Assembly: GCA_032718475.1 (NCBI GenBank)
Contig: JAUCBJ010006005.1
Coordinates: 9,664-73,663, forward strand
Length of the DNA stretch: 64,000 nucleotides
Direction of reading: 5' to 3'
From: Nemertoderma westbladi
Taxonomy: Eukaryota > Animalia > Xenacoelomorpha
Shown here: in pieces, positions 53,255 to 63,189 of the stretch
Layout: each line of letters begins with the position of its first letter
How positions within the stretch are numbered: the stretch's first letter is position 1
The notes under the pieces: generated by a model
Database searches by the model: none
Told to the model about the DNA's origin: nothing
Seen by the model: only the letters and a program-made list of their open reading frames with translations
Position numbers and translations under genes: made by a program

Positions 53255-55119
53255 CAGTCGGTGAGAAGTCAAAAATTGGACTTGAGTCCAAAATTGGACT
53301 TCGACTCCAGTTCAAGTCCAAAATTGGACTTCTGTGAGTCCAATATTGGACTTCAAATCAGCCAATTGTTCCAGGGCCTTGGGTAATTGGATCGGGCGGG
53401 ATTTTTTTTTTTTAATCGAAAATATATCAAAAAATAAGAGTTTTGAACAGGGGGACCTGAAATTCACCAGGGGGAACTTTTTTTATAAGGCTTTGAATTT
53501 TTACAAAAGTCCAATATTGGACTTTAAGTCCAATTTTGGACGTGAAATTGAGAATCAAACTTAAAGGTACATGAAGCATGACAGATGAGAGAAAGCCAGA
53601 CAGCTATTAAGTTATGGAAAGTTACCTTTGCAGCTCTGTATGTATCTTCAGTGTACTGTACTTAGAATATAGTGGTACATTCTAGCATTTTAGGTACTTT
53701 GTACTTTACTTTTAGCATATTGTTTAGTTTACAATTTACATTCATGTTATGTCTAACCTTACAGCCTTATGTACCCAGGACTTTAGAGTCTTTAGGACTA
53801 GATTAGATTATGCTCCAACAAATATTTAATTACAAATTATATTTCGTGGAAACTGGTAGCAATGCCAGGTTTGCCAACTGCAACTGCTGCTAAGGCTAAC
53901 TACAGTACAAGCTACGATTTCGTCTAAACCTATGGGAGCCCTATCAGAAAGAAATACTACAAGTTGATGCTACCACCATCTCTTCTAATTTTTCCATACA
54001 ACAGCAAGGGTATTTTAAAACGGCTGGATGATGAAAGGGGATTAGTAAACTGATTAACGTGTTGGGGTCTCCACATAATAAGTACAGAAGTAAGAAGTAA
54101 CACACAACTAATTGAAGGAAAGGAACAGGTTACAGAGGCAGACTTTTCTAACTAAAACAATAAACGGCCACTTTTGACTTTACCAATTGAAGGAGCCCTT
54201 ATCACCTCACCACATACTACTACTACAATCGGCATGCTGCATTGCAGCTGCATTATATATATAGGCCCTATTAAGAAAATAAGAATGCTGTGCCGGCTTG
54301 TTGACAAAAGTGCGCCTCCACAACTCCCTTACACTCTTACAGCCTTATCACCCATGACATTTGATAGATCATCTGCATCTTCAAGGCCAGTGTCATTCAA
54401 GACAGTAAGAAAGATGCGTCTCAAGAAAGTCATGGGCTGTCCACCATGCTTATTCACTCCATGAGTTGCACTGGCTGGTCCTCACGGCTTAAAGCGATGT
54501 CCTGCAAAGCGGAGGCGGCTTTGTTCTAGTGTCAAACTTGGGGGAACCAATGACTGAATGAGACACCTCCAACTCCAATGTTATATAGTGTCTGGTTGGA
54601 GATGCAGAGATGTAAGTGAACCTAATCAAAACAATTCTAGACAATAAACATTAACTCAATAACATAATAGGTTACAGTTTACAGTATAGTCTTATTTTTG
54701 CCATACGAAAATACCACAGGTATGGGTATGAATGAACTATACAGCTATAACTCAACTACCGCTACCGCGGTATACCGTACTCCACTAACAGACTGAGGCA
54801 GTAAGGCTACTGCAAAGCCATACCACTACCACAAAAAGTAACTACTGATGTCTGACTGTATACGTGTGCGATCCCTGCTTATAATACTTATAATAATTAA
54901 TTTAATCGTTAAAAAATAATGTTGCATTGTAATTATGTAATATACTGATATATATGTACTGATACAGGATGCAGTTTTGATTTAAATGCCGATATACAGT
55001 ATGGCAGCATGGGTACACTTGGAGTTGTACTAAAGTCCAATATTGGACTTTGGAGTCCAAAATTGGACTTGAAGTCTAAAATTGGACTTGAAGTCCAATT
55101 TTTGACTTCTCACCGACTG
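53255..55119. mobile_element. Element E2, intact 1865-bp copy of family E (innermost insert)
   Basis: 29-bp TIR CAGTCGGTGAGAAGTCAAAAATTGGACTT; TSD ATTGT on both sides. Confidence 0.94.
54341..54604 (-). pseudogene. 3' fragment of an RTE/RTEX-like non-LTR retrotransposon ORF carried by E2
   Basis: ISNQTLY...RLRFAGH...HGVNKHGGQPMTFLRR...NDTGLEDADDLSNVMGDK, across frameshifts. Confidence 0.7.
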
Positions 55120-58096
55120 ATTGTATCACTGAACTTATGCTGATCGTTGTCGTGTCACATCTGTTTTTAATGCCCCAATTGTGTAACGTTATCAAAATTT
55201 GCCGGTTTTATTTTAATGCTCTAAATATTTTACATATTTTTTATGACATATATTTATCATATATTTTACATATCGCTTACTTGTCCGTTTTAATATCCAA
55301 AATATTTTACTTTATCACTAATTTGTCTGTATTTGGTGCATTAATTGAGTTTCTTATATTCATTTATCGTACTTTATCGCTATGTACCAATATCTCTAGA
55401 TAGTGACTTAAGCGCCTTAGCGTACTGTTTAATTATTGTAAATTTGGCGCTATACAAGTTTATTTTATTATTATTATTATTATTATTACAATATTCAGAT
55501 ATTATGGGGACAACGTTTTCCCTACCAGTAGGGAGAAAAGTAGGCCTACTACTTTTTCTCCCGATTTTAGGGCATATTCAAGCAAAAAAGTAACAATATA
55601 AAAATATAAGTTCTTTAAGCTCTGTACTTCGTTTTATATGTCTACCATCTGATTATACCACCCCACTGCACCCCTACCATTATTAGCCTTTTTAAGTATA
55701 AGCCTTTTTAAACTAATACCGGTACTGAATATGTTTTAAATATTATATTTCACAACACTCAGACACTAGGCCTACATCAGTTTATTTTTTACCTTTGCAA
55801 TACAGTAACAAGCTAACAACTACTGACAGACTGAACTAGGCCAATTATGACTTCTGTCTGTATCTGACTATTCTGCTATGAAATTCAAATTTGGGGTAAA
55901 ACTCAAATTTAGAGAATTAACCTAACCTTGTATTAAATTTGAGGTAATTCCAAAATTGGGTCTATAATTTGAAATTTGAGGTATTCTCAATTTTGATGAT
56001 CTCCCTGACTGTCAATGTTACTCGTTGTTACTCATTGTCATTGTTGCTCATTGTTACTCGTTGTACCTCATGTCCTAATTATTGGTCGTTGTTTCTCGTT
56101 GTTGTACTTTATTATTGCTCATTGTTGCTCGTTGTTTCTCAATGTTGCTCGTTGTTGTACTTTATTATTGCTCATTCAGTCGTTGTTCCTCATTGTTGCT
56201 CGCTGTTTCTCGTTGTTGCTCGTTGTTGCTCATTATTACTCGTTGTTGCTCATTGTTGTACTTTATTATTGCTCATTGTTGCTCGGTGTTTCTCAATGTT
56301 ACTCGTTGTTGCTCATTGTTGCTCGTTCAGTCGTTGTTCCTCATTATTGCTCATTGTTGTTCGTTGTTTCTCGCTGTTACTCGTTGTTGTACTTTATTAT
56401 TGCTCATCTTTACTCGTTGTTGCTCATTGTTGCTCAATATTACTCGTAGTAGTCGTAGTTGCTCATTGTTACTTGTTGTTGCTCATTGTTGCTCGTTCAG
56501 TCGTTGTTCCTCATTATTGCTCGTTATTGTACTTTATTATTGCTCAATGTTACTCGTTATTGCTCATTGTTGCTCGTTGTTTTGTTACTCATTGTTCATT
56601 TGTTGCTCATTGTTGCTTATTGTTGCTCGTGGTGCATTTTTGCACCTATCCAATTAAGCTCAGAAGCTCCCTTATCTCTGCATCTTGCAATGTCCTGTCA
56701 AGGTTAGGCAGGGAGGAGGTCATAACTGTCATAAGCAGATAAGGGCAGAAGGAGGACGGTGCTGGGAGACGAGGTTATAAGAGACATTATATAAGGATAT
56801 TTAATTTAATTAATTTAATTTAATATATGAGAAATGAGGCCAGTCAGCCAGTAGGCCTATTGGTTGACAGAAGGAGATACGCAATGCGTATCCCATTGCG
56901 CCTTATAATAGCCTCTCGTCAACAAGTCAACCCCATCGACTAGCGGCACTGGCTGTTTCATCTGACGGGGCTCTGTCGAAAAACGCGTCCCTGATGCAGT
57001 AAGGGCCCTCTTTTGAGGAGCAACATTATTATTGTCGCGGAACTGCTTCTACTCTCTGTGAGAAATGAGAAATATTTAATTTATTTAAGGAGTATGCAGA
57101 TTTTGGAATGAAATTTAATACCTAAATAAGAAACCCATGTCAAAAAGTTCTTATTTAAGGACTTTTAGTATTTATGTGTACAATTTCGATGTCTTAAATA
57201 AGGTAAATTTAAAAAATCCCTCTTATTTAGGAACTGGTCGTATTTTTGATGCAATTTTAAAACGCTTGTAGAAAAAAAACCGGACGGTGAAATGTTTTCT
57301 GGTTTTTTGCATTATGTTCAAGAAAGAACCAACTTTTATATTGTGAAATAAAATTATGCGGTATTTTTTACTGAAACAAATTCTTGCATATTATGTCGAA
57401 AAAATATCCAAAAAAGGCCCAAAAACCCCTAAATAAGAGCCATTTTCCTTAAATAAGAACCCACTTTAGGAGCTTATTTAAGGGTATGTTCCCTACTGCA
57501 CTAGCCTAACTGTGGTAGAGGTGTGTGTGTACTGTAGGTAGCCTACCGTACAGCCGTACGTGTACCAGTACTGCAGTGCAGTATGCTGGCATGAGAGCAG
57601 TAAATGGCTGCAGTGGTACAGTGTACAATCATAGCATTTACAATTTTTTAAAGTAGGGCCTATCTGTAATAGTCTGCTAGTCAGCCAGCTGGCCAGTACC
57701 AGTACTGCAGTACAGTCTGACAGTCAGTCAGTCATTGACTTTAAGTAAATACTGCAGTACCGGTATGCAGTATTATGCTTGATATTGAAGCTGTACTACA
57801 GTACTTATAGTGTAAATAATTGTTCAGATTAGAATACAGGAATATGCACGAAATATAATATTTTATTAAAAAATTAACTCCGGCAATATTTTTACCGGAG
57901 CCGGAGCAGGAGCCGGAGGTACCAAAATGGCCGGAGCCGGAGCCGGAGGCCGGAACTCCGATCGAGCCCTACTTACTACACGCCAGCAATCGGCATGCTG
58001 CATTGCAGCTGCATTATATAGCCTATATAGGCCATATTAATGCTGTGCCGGCTTGTTGACAAAAGTGCACCTCCACAACTCCCTTACACTCTTACA

Positions 58097-58354
58097 GCCT
58101 TATCACCCATGACATTTGCTAGGTCATCCGCATCTTCAAGGCCAGTGTCCTTTGAGACAGTAAGAAAGATGCGTCTCAAGAAAGTCATGGGCTGTCCACC
58201 ATGCTTATTCACTCCATGAGGTGCACTGGCTGGTCCTCATGGCGAAAGCAATGTCCTGCAAAGCGGAGGCGGATTTGTTCTAGTGTCAAGCTTGGGGGAA
58301 CTAATGAGACACCTCCAACTCCAATGTTATATAGTGTCTGGTTGGAGATGTGTG
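58097..58354 (-). pseudogene. The same RTE-like fragment in E1
   Basis: HISNQTLY...LEQIRLRFAGHCFRHEDQPV / PHGVNKHGGQPMTFLRR...KDTGLEDADDLANVMGDK. Confidence 0.75.
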
Positions 58355-58645
58355 CATTGTACTTGACACAGTGAACCTAATCAAAACAATTAGTCAATAA
58401 ACATTAACTCAATAACATAATATAATAGGTTACAGTTTACAGTGGGTCCTACTAAATACTACAAAAAGCACAAAACAAGCACAAAAAAGTCAAGAAAAGC
58501 ACAAAAAAGCACAAAAAAAGCACAAAAAAGCACAAAAAAGGTAAAAAAAAGCACAAAAAAGTAAAAAAAAAAGCACAAAAAAGCAAACAGATCGTTTATT
58601 GAGCTTGTAATACAGTAGAACAGATGATAGAAGCAATATCATGTA

Positions 58646-61329
58646 CCGTAAAACGGGGTGACTTTGTCAGGCGGGGTGACTTCGTCATTACAGAGGGTGA
58701 CTTCGTCAATACTAAAAATGATACTTAGTTTCTTGTAAAAAGTACCCGTAAATGTCTTATAATGTAATTGGAAGTTCAAAACAGTAATAAAAACACAAAA
58801 TACCGGTATCTATCAGCCTATACAAGTACAAAATAGGCCTAATATGGTACTATAGGTCTCAGGTACTCGAGATATTGTTATTTTGTCAGATTCTGTTTAG
58901 TGTTTTTGTTTAATAATGCCACGTCAGTATAAGCGTGTGAGGGGTTCACGAAATTACCGAACAGCCTACACAGATGAGTCGATGAAAGAAGCTGTCAACA
59001 GTGTTAAAAATCGTGGACTAAGTGTAATCCAGGCGTCAAGAGATTTTAAAGTTCCGCGAACAACCCTAAGGGATAAACTACATAACAACCACCCCCTAAA
59101 ACATGGTGGACAGCAAGTCCTAGGTAGTGTTGAAGAAGAAGTGCTAGTGAAGGTAGTTAACGTTCTCGCTGACTGGAAATGCCCTGTAGATAATACAGAT
59201 CTTAGCTTGTTGGTCCAGGGATATTTAAACAGGAAAGGAGTTATAGCAAGATCTTTTAAGAATAACACACCAGGAATTGACTGGATAAATAGCTTCAAAA
59301 GAAGACATAATCTAACTTCTCGAACTGCAGACAACGTGAAACCTACTCGGGCTGAAATTGATCCTGAGTCCGTCAACCAGTTCTATGACAATGTGGAAAA
59401 AGCTATACCTCCAGGAACCCCACCATGTAACCTCCATAACTGTGATGAGACCAATTTTTCGGACAACCCTGGGAGCAAAAAGGTGATATGCAGGCGAGGG
59501 CGCAAACGAGTCGAAAGAAAAATTGACCACTCAAAGCAGTGTACAAGTGTGATGTTCTGTGCCAGTGCTGAAGGGAAGTTTGCACCGCCAATGGTTGTGT
59601 ATAAAGCTAAAAACTGCTACTCCGAGTGGACAACAAATGGACCTAAAGGAGCGTTATACGACAGCACTGACAGTGGATGGTTTGATCAGACTATGTTTGA
59701 ACGATGGTTTTTTGAAGTATTTCTTCCACATGCTCTTGAGCATCGCTCCCCTGATCATCCGATATTTCTAATATGTGATAACCTTTCGGCCCACCTATCA
59801 ATTGCTGTTGTAGAGAAGTGCTTAGAAGAGAATATCAAGCTGATTTTCATTCTGCCAAATTCAACACATCTAATGCAGCCATTGGATGTTGCTGTGTTCC
59901 GTCCTTGCAAGGCCATTTGGAAGAACATATTGGAGACCTGGCGGAAAGAAACCAGAACCAAAGGTTCTATTCCCAAGAACCAATTCCCTGGCCTTCTCAA
60001 TCGTGTATCCACTAAATTAGAGGAGCGAACCCAGAACGTAGTGTCAGGTTTTAGAAGCAGTGGTTTGTATCCTATTGATCGGAATGAAGTGCTAAAGAAG
60101 CTACCCCAACATTTGTCAGCTGATACTAGCACAGAGCAAGTCTCCCGTAGTTTTGGGGAAGGGGTTGCTGAACTTTTACAGCAACACGTGGGGCCGACAA
60201 AGAGAAAGACCTACAAGCGTGGTGTCAAACTGGCTCCTGGCAATCCTGCAACAGCTGATACCCTTCAGCAACTTCGAGTAAAGAAAATATCGAAACCCAG
60301 GCAGAGTAGAAAGACACCAAAGCGTCCGCGAACAGTTCAAATGAATGTGCAAGACAGCAGCAGCAGCAGCGAGGAGGAAGTAGAAGTGTTGTCTGAATCT
60401 GAGGCTGACATATCAATCTCAGCAGGTCCCAGCAACGAATCAGTACTGGTGGATTCGGAGAGCGAGCTTGAAGACGCAGAAGATGTTTGTGGCTTGTGTC
60501 ATAAAGAAACTCCACCAAATAGCTCGAAGGGTTATGCAATTAATTGGGAGGATTGTGACAACTGCTCCCAGTGGTATCACACCCTATGCATAACCAATAA
60601 AGTTGGTACAGGTATTGCAGCTGTGGACATATGTCATTGTCAAATAGGAGATGCTACAGAAGCAGAAGATTAAATGTGATTGAATCAGGGGAAGGAGATG
60701 ACACCTCACTTTTGACGTTGACTATGTGCGTGTTCGTTGTATTAGGCTTTATTCTTAATTCTTTCTACCTCATCTAGGTATTACCTACCTCGCCATAAAA
60801 CTCATAATATTGTATTGTGCTACTTTTTATTTACTCACCCTCATGTCATATATATATAGGCCCTATTGTATCTCTATAATTGTGCTATTATTTTATGCAA
60901 TTTACAAACAATGCAATAAGATTTTCTGATATCTTTATTTGGCATCATTGTGGCCCATTTTAGTGACAATAGAAAACGGCTATGGACTAACCAATATCCA
61001 TGTAGAGGCCATTTTTTATTGTCATTATCATGGGACTTTTTTTAAAACTGAAAAACAGGTCGAAGTCACCCCTTAGCCGGGTTTATTTCGCATTCTCATC
61101 ACGAAAAGCTTCAGTGGCGAAGTCACCCCATAGCATGGGGTGACTTCGACACTTCTTTGAGTTAAAAAAAAATAGACAAGCAAGCCAAATTGGCATGCTT
61201 GTCTATTTTAAACGTATAGCTGGATAACATAATGTTACAATAAGCTGAAATACTCCACAGTATGACCTACCAGTAACTAGAAAATAACTGAAACGTGCTC
61301 AAAACTGACGAAGTCACCCCGTTTTACGG
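58646..61329 (+). mobile_element. Full-length pogo-superfamily DNA transposon, 2684 bp
   Basis: 25-bp TIR CCGTAAAACGGGGTGACTT(T/C)GTCAG, TA TSDs, repeated GGGTGACTTCG subterminal motifs and an intact ORF. Confidence 0.96.
58916..60673 (+). CDS. pogo-like transposase (psq/CENP-B-type HTH, DDE_1 DD35D, C-terminal PHD-like finger), 585 aa
   Basis: N-terminal HTH (LSVIQASRDFKVPRTTLRD); catalytic NCDETN, CDNLSAH and QPLDVAVF with 35 aa between D2 and D3; CGLC...CDNCSQWYHTLC...CHC. Confidence 0.95.
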   Translation: MPRQYKRVRGSRNYRTAYTDESMKEAVNSVKNRGLSVIQASRDFKVPRTTLRDKLHNNHPLKHGGQQVLGSVEEEVLVKVVNVLADWKCPVDNTDLSLLVQGYLNRKGVIARSFKNNTPGIDWINSFKRRHNLTSRTADNVKPTRAEIDPESVNQFYDNVEKAIPPGTPPCNLHNCDETNFSDNPGSKKVICRRGRKRVERKIDHSKQCTSVMFCASAEGKFAPPMVVYKAKNCYSEWTTNGPKGALYDSTDSGWFDQTMFERWFFEVFLPHALEHRSPDHPIFLICDNLSAHLSIAVVEKCLEENIKLIFILPNSTHLMQPLDVAVFRPCKAIWKNILETWRKETRTKGSIPKNQFPGLLNRVSTKLEERTQNVVSGFRSSGLYPIDRNEVLKKLPQHLSADTSTEQVSRSFGEGVAELLQQHVGPTKRKTYKRGVKLAPGNPATADTLQQLRVKKISKPRQSRKTPKRPRTVQMNVQDSSSSSEEEVEVLSESEADISISAGPSNESVLVDSESELEDAEDVCGLCHKETPPNSSKGYAINWEDCDNCSQWYHTLCITNKVGTGIAAVDICHCQIGDATEAED

Positions 61330-63103
61330 TAGTGCAGTAGTGTCTAGGCTACCGGAAGGATAATCACATGTCCAGTATGCTTTCATGTCATATAGCTGCC
61401 AGTGAGTGAGCACCAGCACGAGCACTTACATAGGTACAGCCCTACCACGAGCACCCAAGTGCAATATCAGGCTAATGTCAGAATGTAAAGATGGTTCAAT
61501 TCAAATATCAGGATAGAACTTATAATACTGTAATAGACTTTGTTATTGTCACATTATGTCAACTTATCAGCGTTCTGTTTAATTACTTTAATTTATTCAC
61601 CGATAAATCGACATACTGTACAATTATCACATCACGGTCTGCCCGAACCTCTCGAGTGGGTGATCGATAACGTCTGAGGACAAGTATGATGATATTAGTC
61701 ATAGTCATACTTGCAAGAATCTCGCTTAGGTCGGAACTGCCTTGGTTACGATATCTGCGTCTGTTGGAAACACAGTTCCTGCCTGGGTTTAACCACCGCT
61801 GTTGTAACACTACTGTATACTTTGAAATTTCTATAACTGCCAGATTGTTTGCAATGTTGTTTAGGAGTTCATGCGTACTTATCTTATATGTCAATATTCT
61901 ATTTTATTTCACCTTAATTAACGACCCCCATGAGTGCCTTAGATCCTGGGTGTTCTTTCCCACGATCGTAATTTACTGTTTTATTAAGCTATTAATCTAT
62001 ACTATATGTGTTTTATTATGTTTTTTTTTATAGTGATTTTAATTACAAATACACTTTGCAGTATTGTGGCCTTTACATACTGTAGGGCAGAACATTGGTA
62101 TATGGATGGGGGGTGTCTGTAACAATATCTCTCATATTTTCGCCCCCCCCCCCCCCCCCCATGTCTCTTGATGTGAGAATGTTTTTTTGTGCTTTTTTTT
62201 TACTTTTTTGTGCTTTTTTTTTACTTTTTTTGTGCTTTTTTGTGCTTTTTTTGTGCTTTTTTGTGCTTTTCTTGACTTTTTTGTGCTTTTTTGTGCTTGT
62301 TTTGTGCTTTTTGTAGTATTTAGTAGGACCCGTCTGCCCGTTTACAGTCACCCAGGCTACTACCGCAAAGCCATACCATACCACTACCGCAAAAAGTAGG
62401 CCTAACTACTGATGTCTGACTGTACGTGTGCGATCCCTGCTGCCCTGCTTATAATACTTGTAATAATTAATTTGATCATTAAAATAATGTTGCATTGTAA
62501 TTATGTAATATATATGTACTGATACGGGATGCAGTTTTGATTGAAATACCGATATACAGTATGGCAGCACGGGTACACTTGTAGTTGTATTAAAGTCCAA
62601 TATTGGACTTTGGAGTCCAAAATTGGACTTGAAGTTTAAAATTGGACTTGAAGTCCAATTTTTGACTTCTCACCGACTGGCAGACTATTACAGATAGGCC
62701 CTACTGTCTGACTGTAAAAAATTGTAAATGCTATGATTGTACACTACAGCACGATATCCATACTTTATTTATTTTTTAATAAATAATTAAATTTTTAAAA
62801 TTTTTGAAAAACTCCGGCTGCCGGCTCCTGCTCCGGCCAAATTGTCCAACTCCTGCTCCGGCTCCGGCCAAATCCCAACTCCGATCGAGCCCTAGTACCT
62901 ACCCCAAAATAAGCCAACAATGTTTAGAAACGGCGAGGGAAAGGAGCAGGTTACAGTGGCAAGTTTTTCTAACCAAAACAATAAACGAGAGTGAAAAACA
63001 AGTATTTCGGGGTATTCTGGTTTGGCAGTTTGGGGTAATTCGTAGGACCGTTTTTAAAACACCACACAAACAGAAAACAGTGCTACACGGTCAGACGGTC
63101 AAG

Positions 63104-63173
63104 GCAGCAAGGGATCGAACAGGGGCCTCCTAATTTGAAGCCCAGGAATTTCGCCACTAGACCATGCAGCTGC
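63104..63173 (-). pseudogene. Degenerate tRNA-Glu-like sequence (SINE or MITE head)
   Basis: Minus strand ATGGTCTAGTGG (A box) ...ATTCCTGG..TTCA...AGG.GGCCC..GTTCGATCCC (B-box-like); the stems are imperfect. Confidence 0.5.
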
Positions 63174-63189
63174 TTGAAAATAACAACTA

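Larger units (their letters stand above)
50756..56011. mobile_element. Element K (CAGTCAGGGAGATCATCAA ends, 5-bp TSD)
   Basis: TSD TCAAT at 50751-50755 and 56012-56016; AAATTTGAGG subterminal repeats; internal duplication of about 270 bp at 51677-52200. Confidence 0.92.
50244..56630. repeat. Degenerate 10-bp minisatellite (TTGTTGCTCR)n, split by element K (50244-50755 and 56012-56630)
   Basis: Directly visible on both sides of K. Confidence 0.9.
48132..57498. mobile_element. Element J (CAGTAGGGAACATACCCTT ends, TIRs of about 420 bp, 5-bp TSD)
   Basis: TSD CACTA at 48127-48131 and 57499-57503; 48994-49410 is the inverted match of 57070-57490. Confidence 0.9.
47791..57971. mobile_element. hAT-type MITE F2 (same family as F1, opposite orientation), split by J
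   Basis: 8-bp TSD CTTACTAC at 47783-47790 and 57972-57979. Confidence 0.92.
58444..62339. mobile_element. Mutator-like element D (GGGTCCTACTAAATAC ends, AAAAAAGCAC-repeat TIRs of about 140 bp), hosting the pogo element
   Basis: The inverted repeat ends at 62331. GTTTACAGT occurs at 58435-58443 and 62340-62348, a 9-bp TSD displaced by 8 nt. Confidence 0.82.
44900..62679. mobile_element. Element E1 (CAGTCGGTGAGAAGTC ends, 5-bp TSD), split by nested inserts
   Basis: TSD GCAGA at 44895-44899 and 62680-62684; the pieces are colinear with intact copy E2. Confidence 0.92.
44590..62894. mobile_element. hAT-type MITE F1 (TAGGGCTCGATCGGAG ends), split by nested inserts
   Basis: 8-bp TSD GTACCTAC at 44582-44589 and 62895-62902; GCCGGA subterminal repeats. 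Confidence 0.92.
44514..63050. mobile_element. MITE G (about 230 bp when emptied), probable outermost shell of the nest
   Basis: GGGTCCTACGAATTAC ... GTAATTCGTAGGACCG inverted ends; no TSD found. Confidence 0.55.

Noticed and set aside
50200-56742. Cys/Leu-rich membrane-like ORFs
   Set aside because: Translations of the (TTGTTGCTCR)n minisatellite.
61583-61894. 103-aa minus-strand ORF inside element D as a transposase remnant
   Set aside because: No recognisable catalytic or zinc-finger motif; cannot be supported by eye.
44900-62679. RAG/Transib-like RSS system suggested by 5-bp TSDs
   Set aside because: Ends are CAGT rather than CAC, no heptamer-spacer-nonamer is visible at the termini, and no RAG1/Transib core was recognised.
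63104-63173. Possible UCA-anticodon (selenocysteine or suppressor) tRNA
   Set aside because: The anticodon loop is 8 nt, stems are mismatched and there is no long variable arm. The sequence is better explained as decayed tRNA-Glu(TTC).
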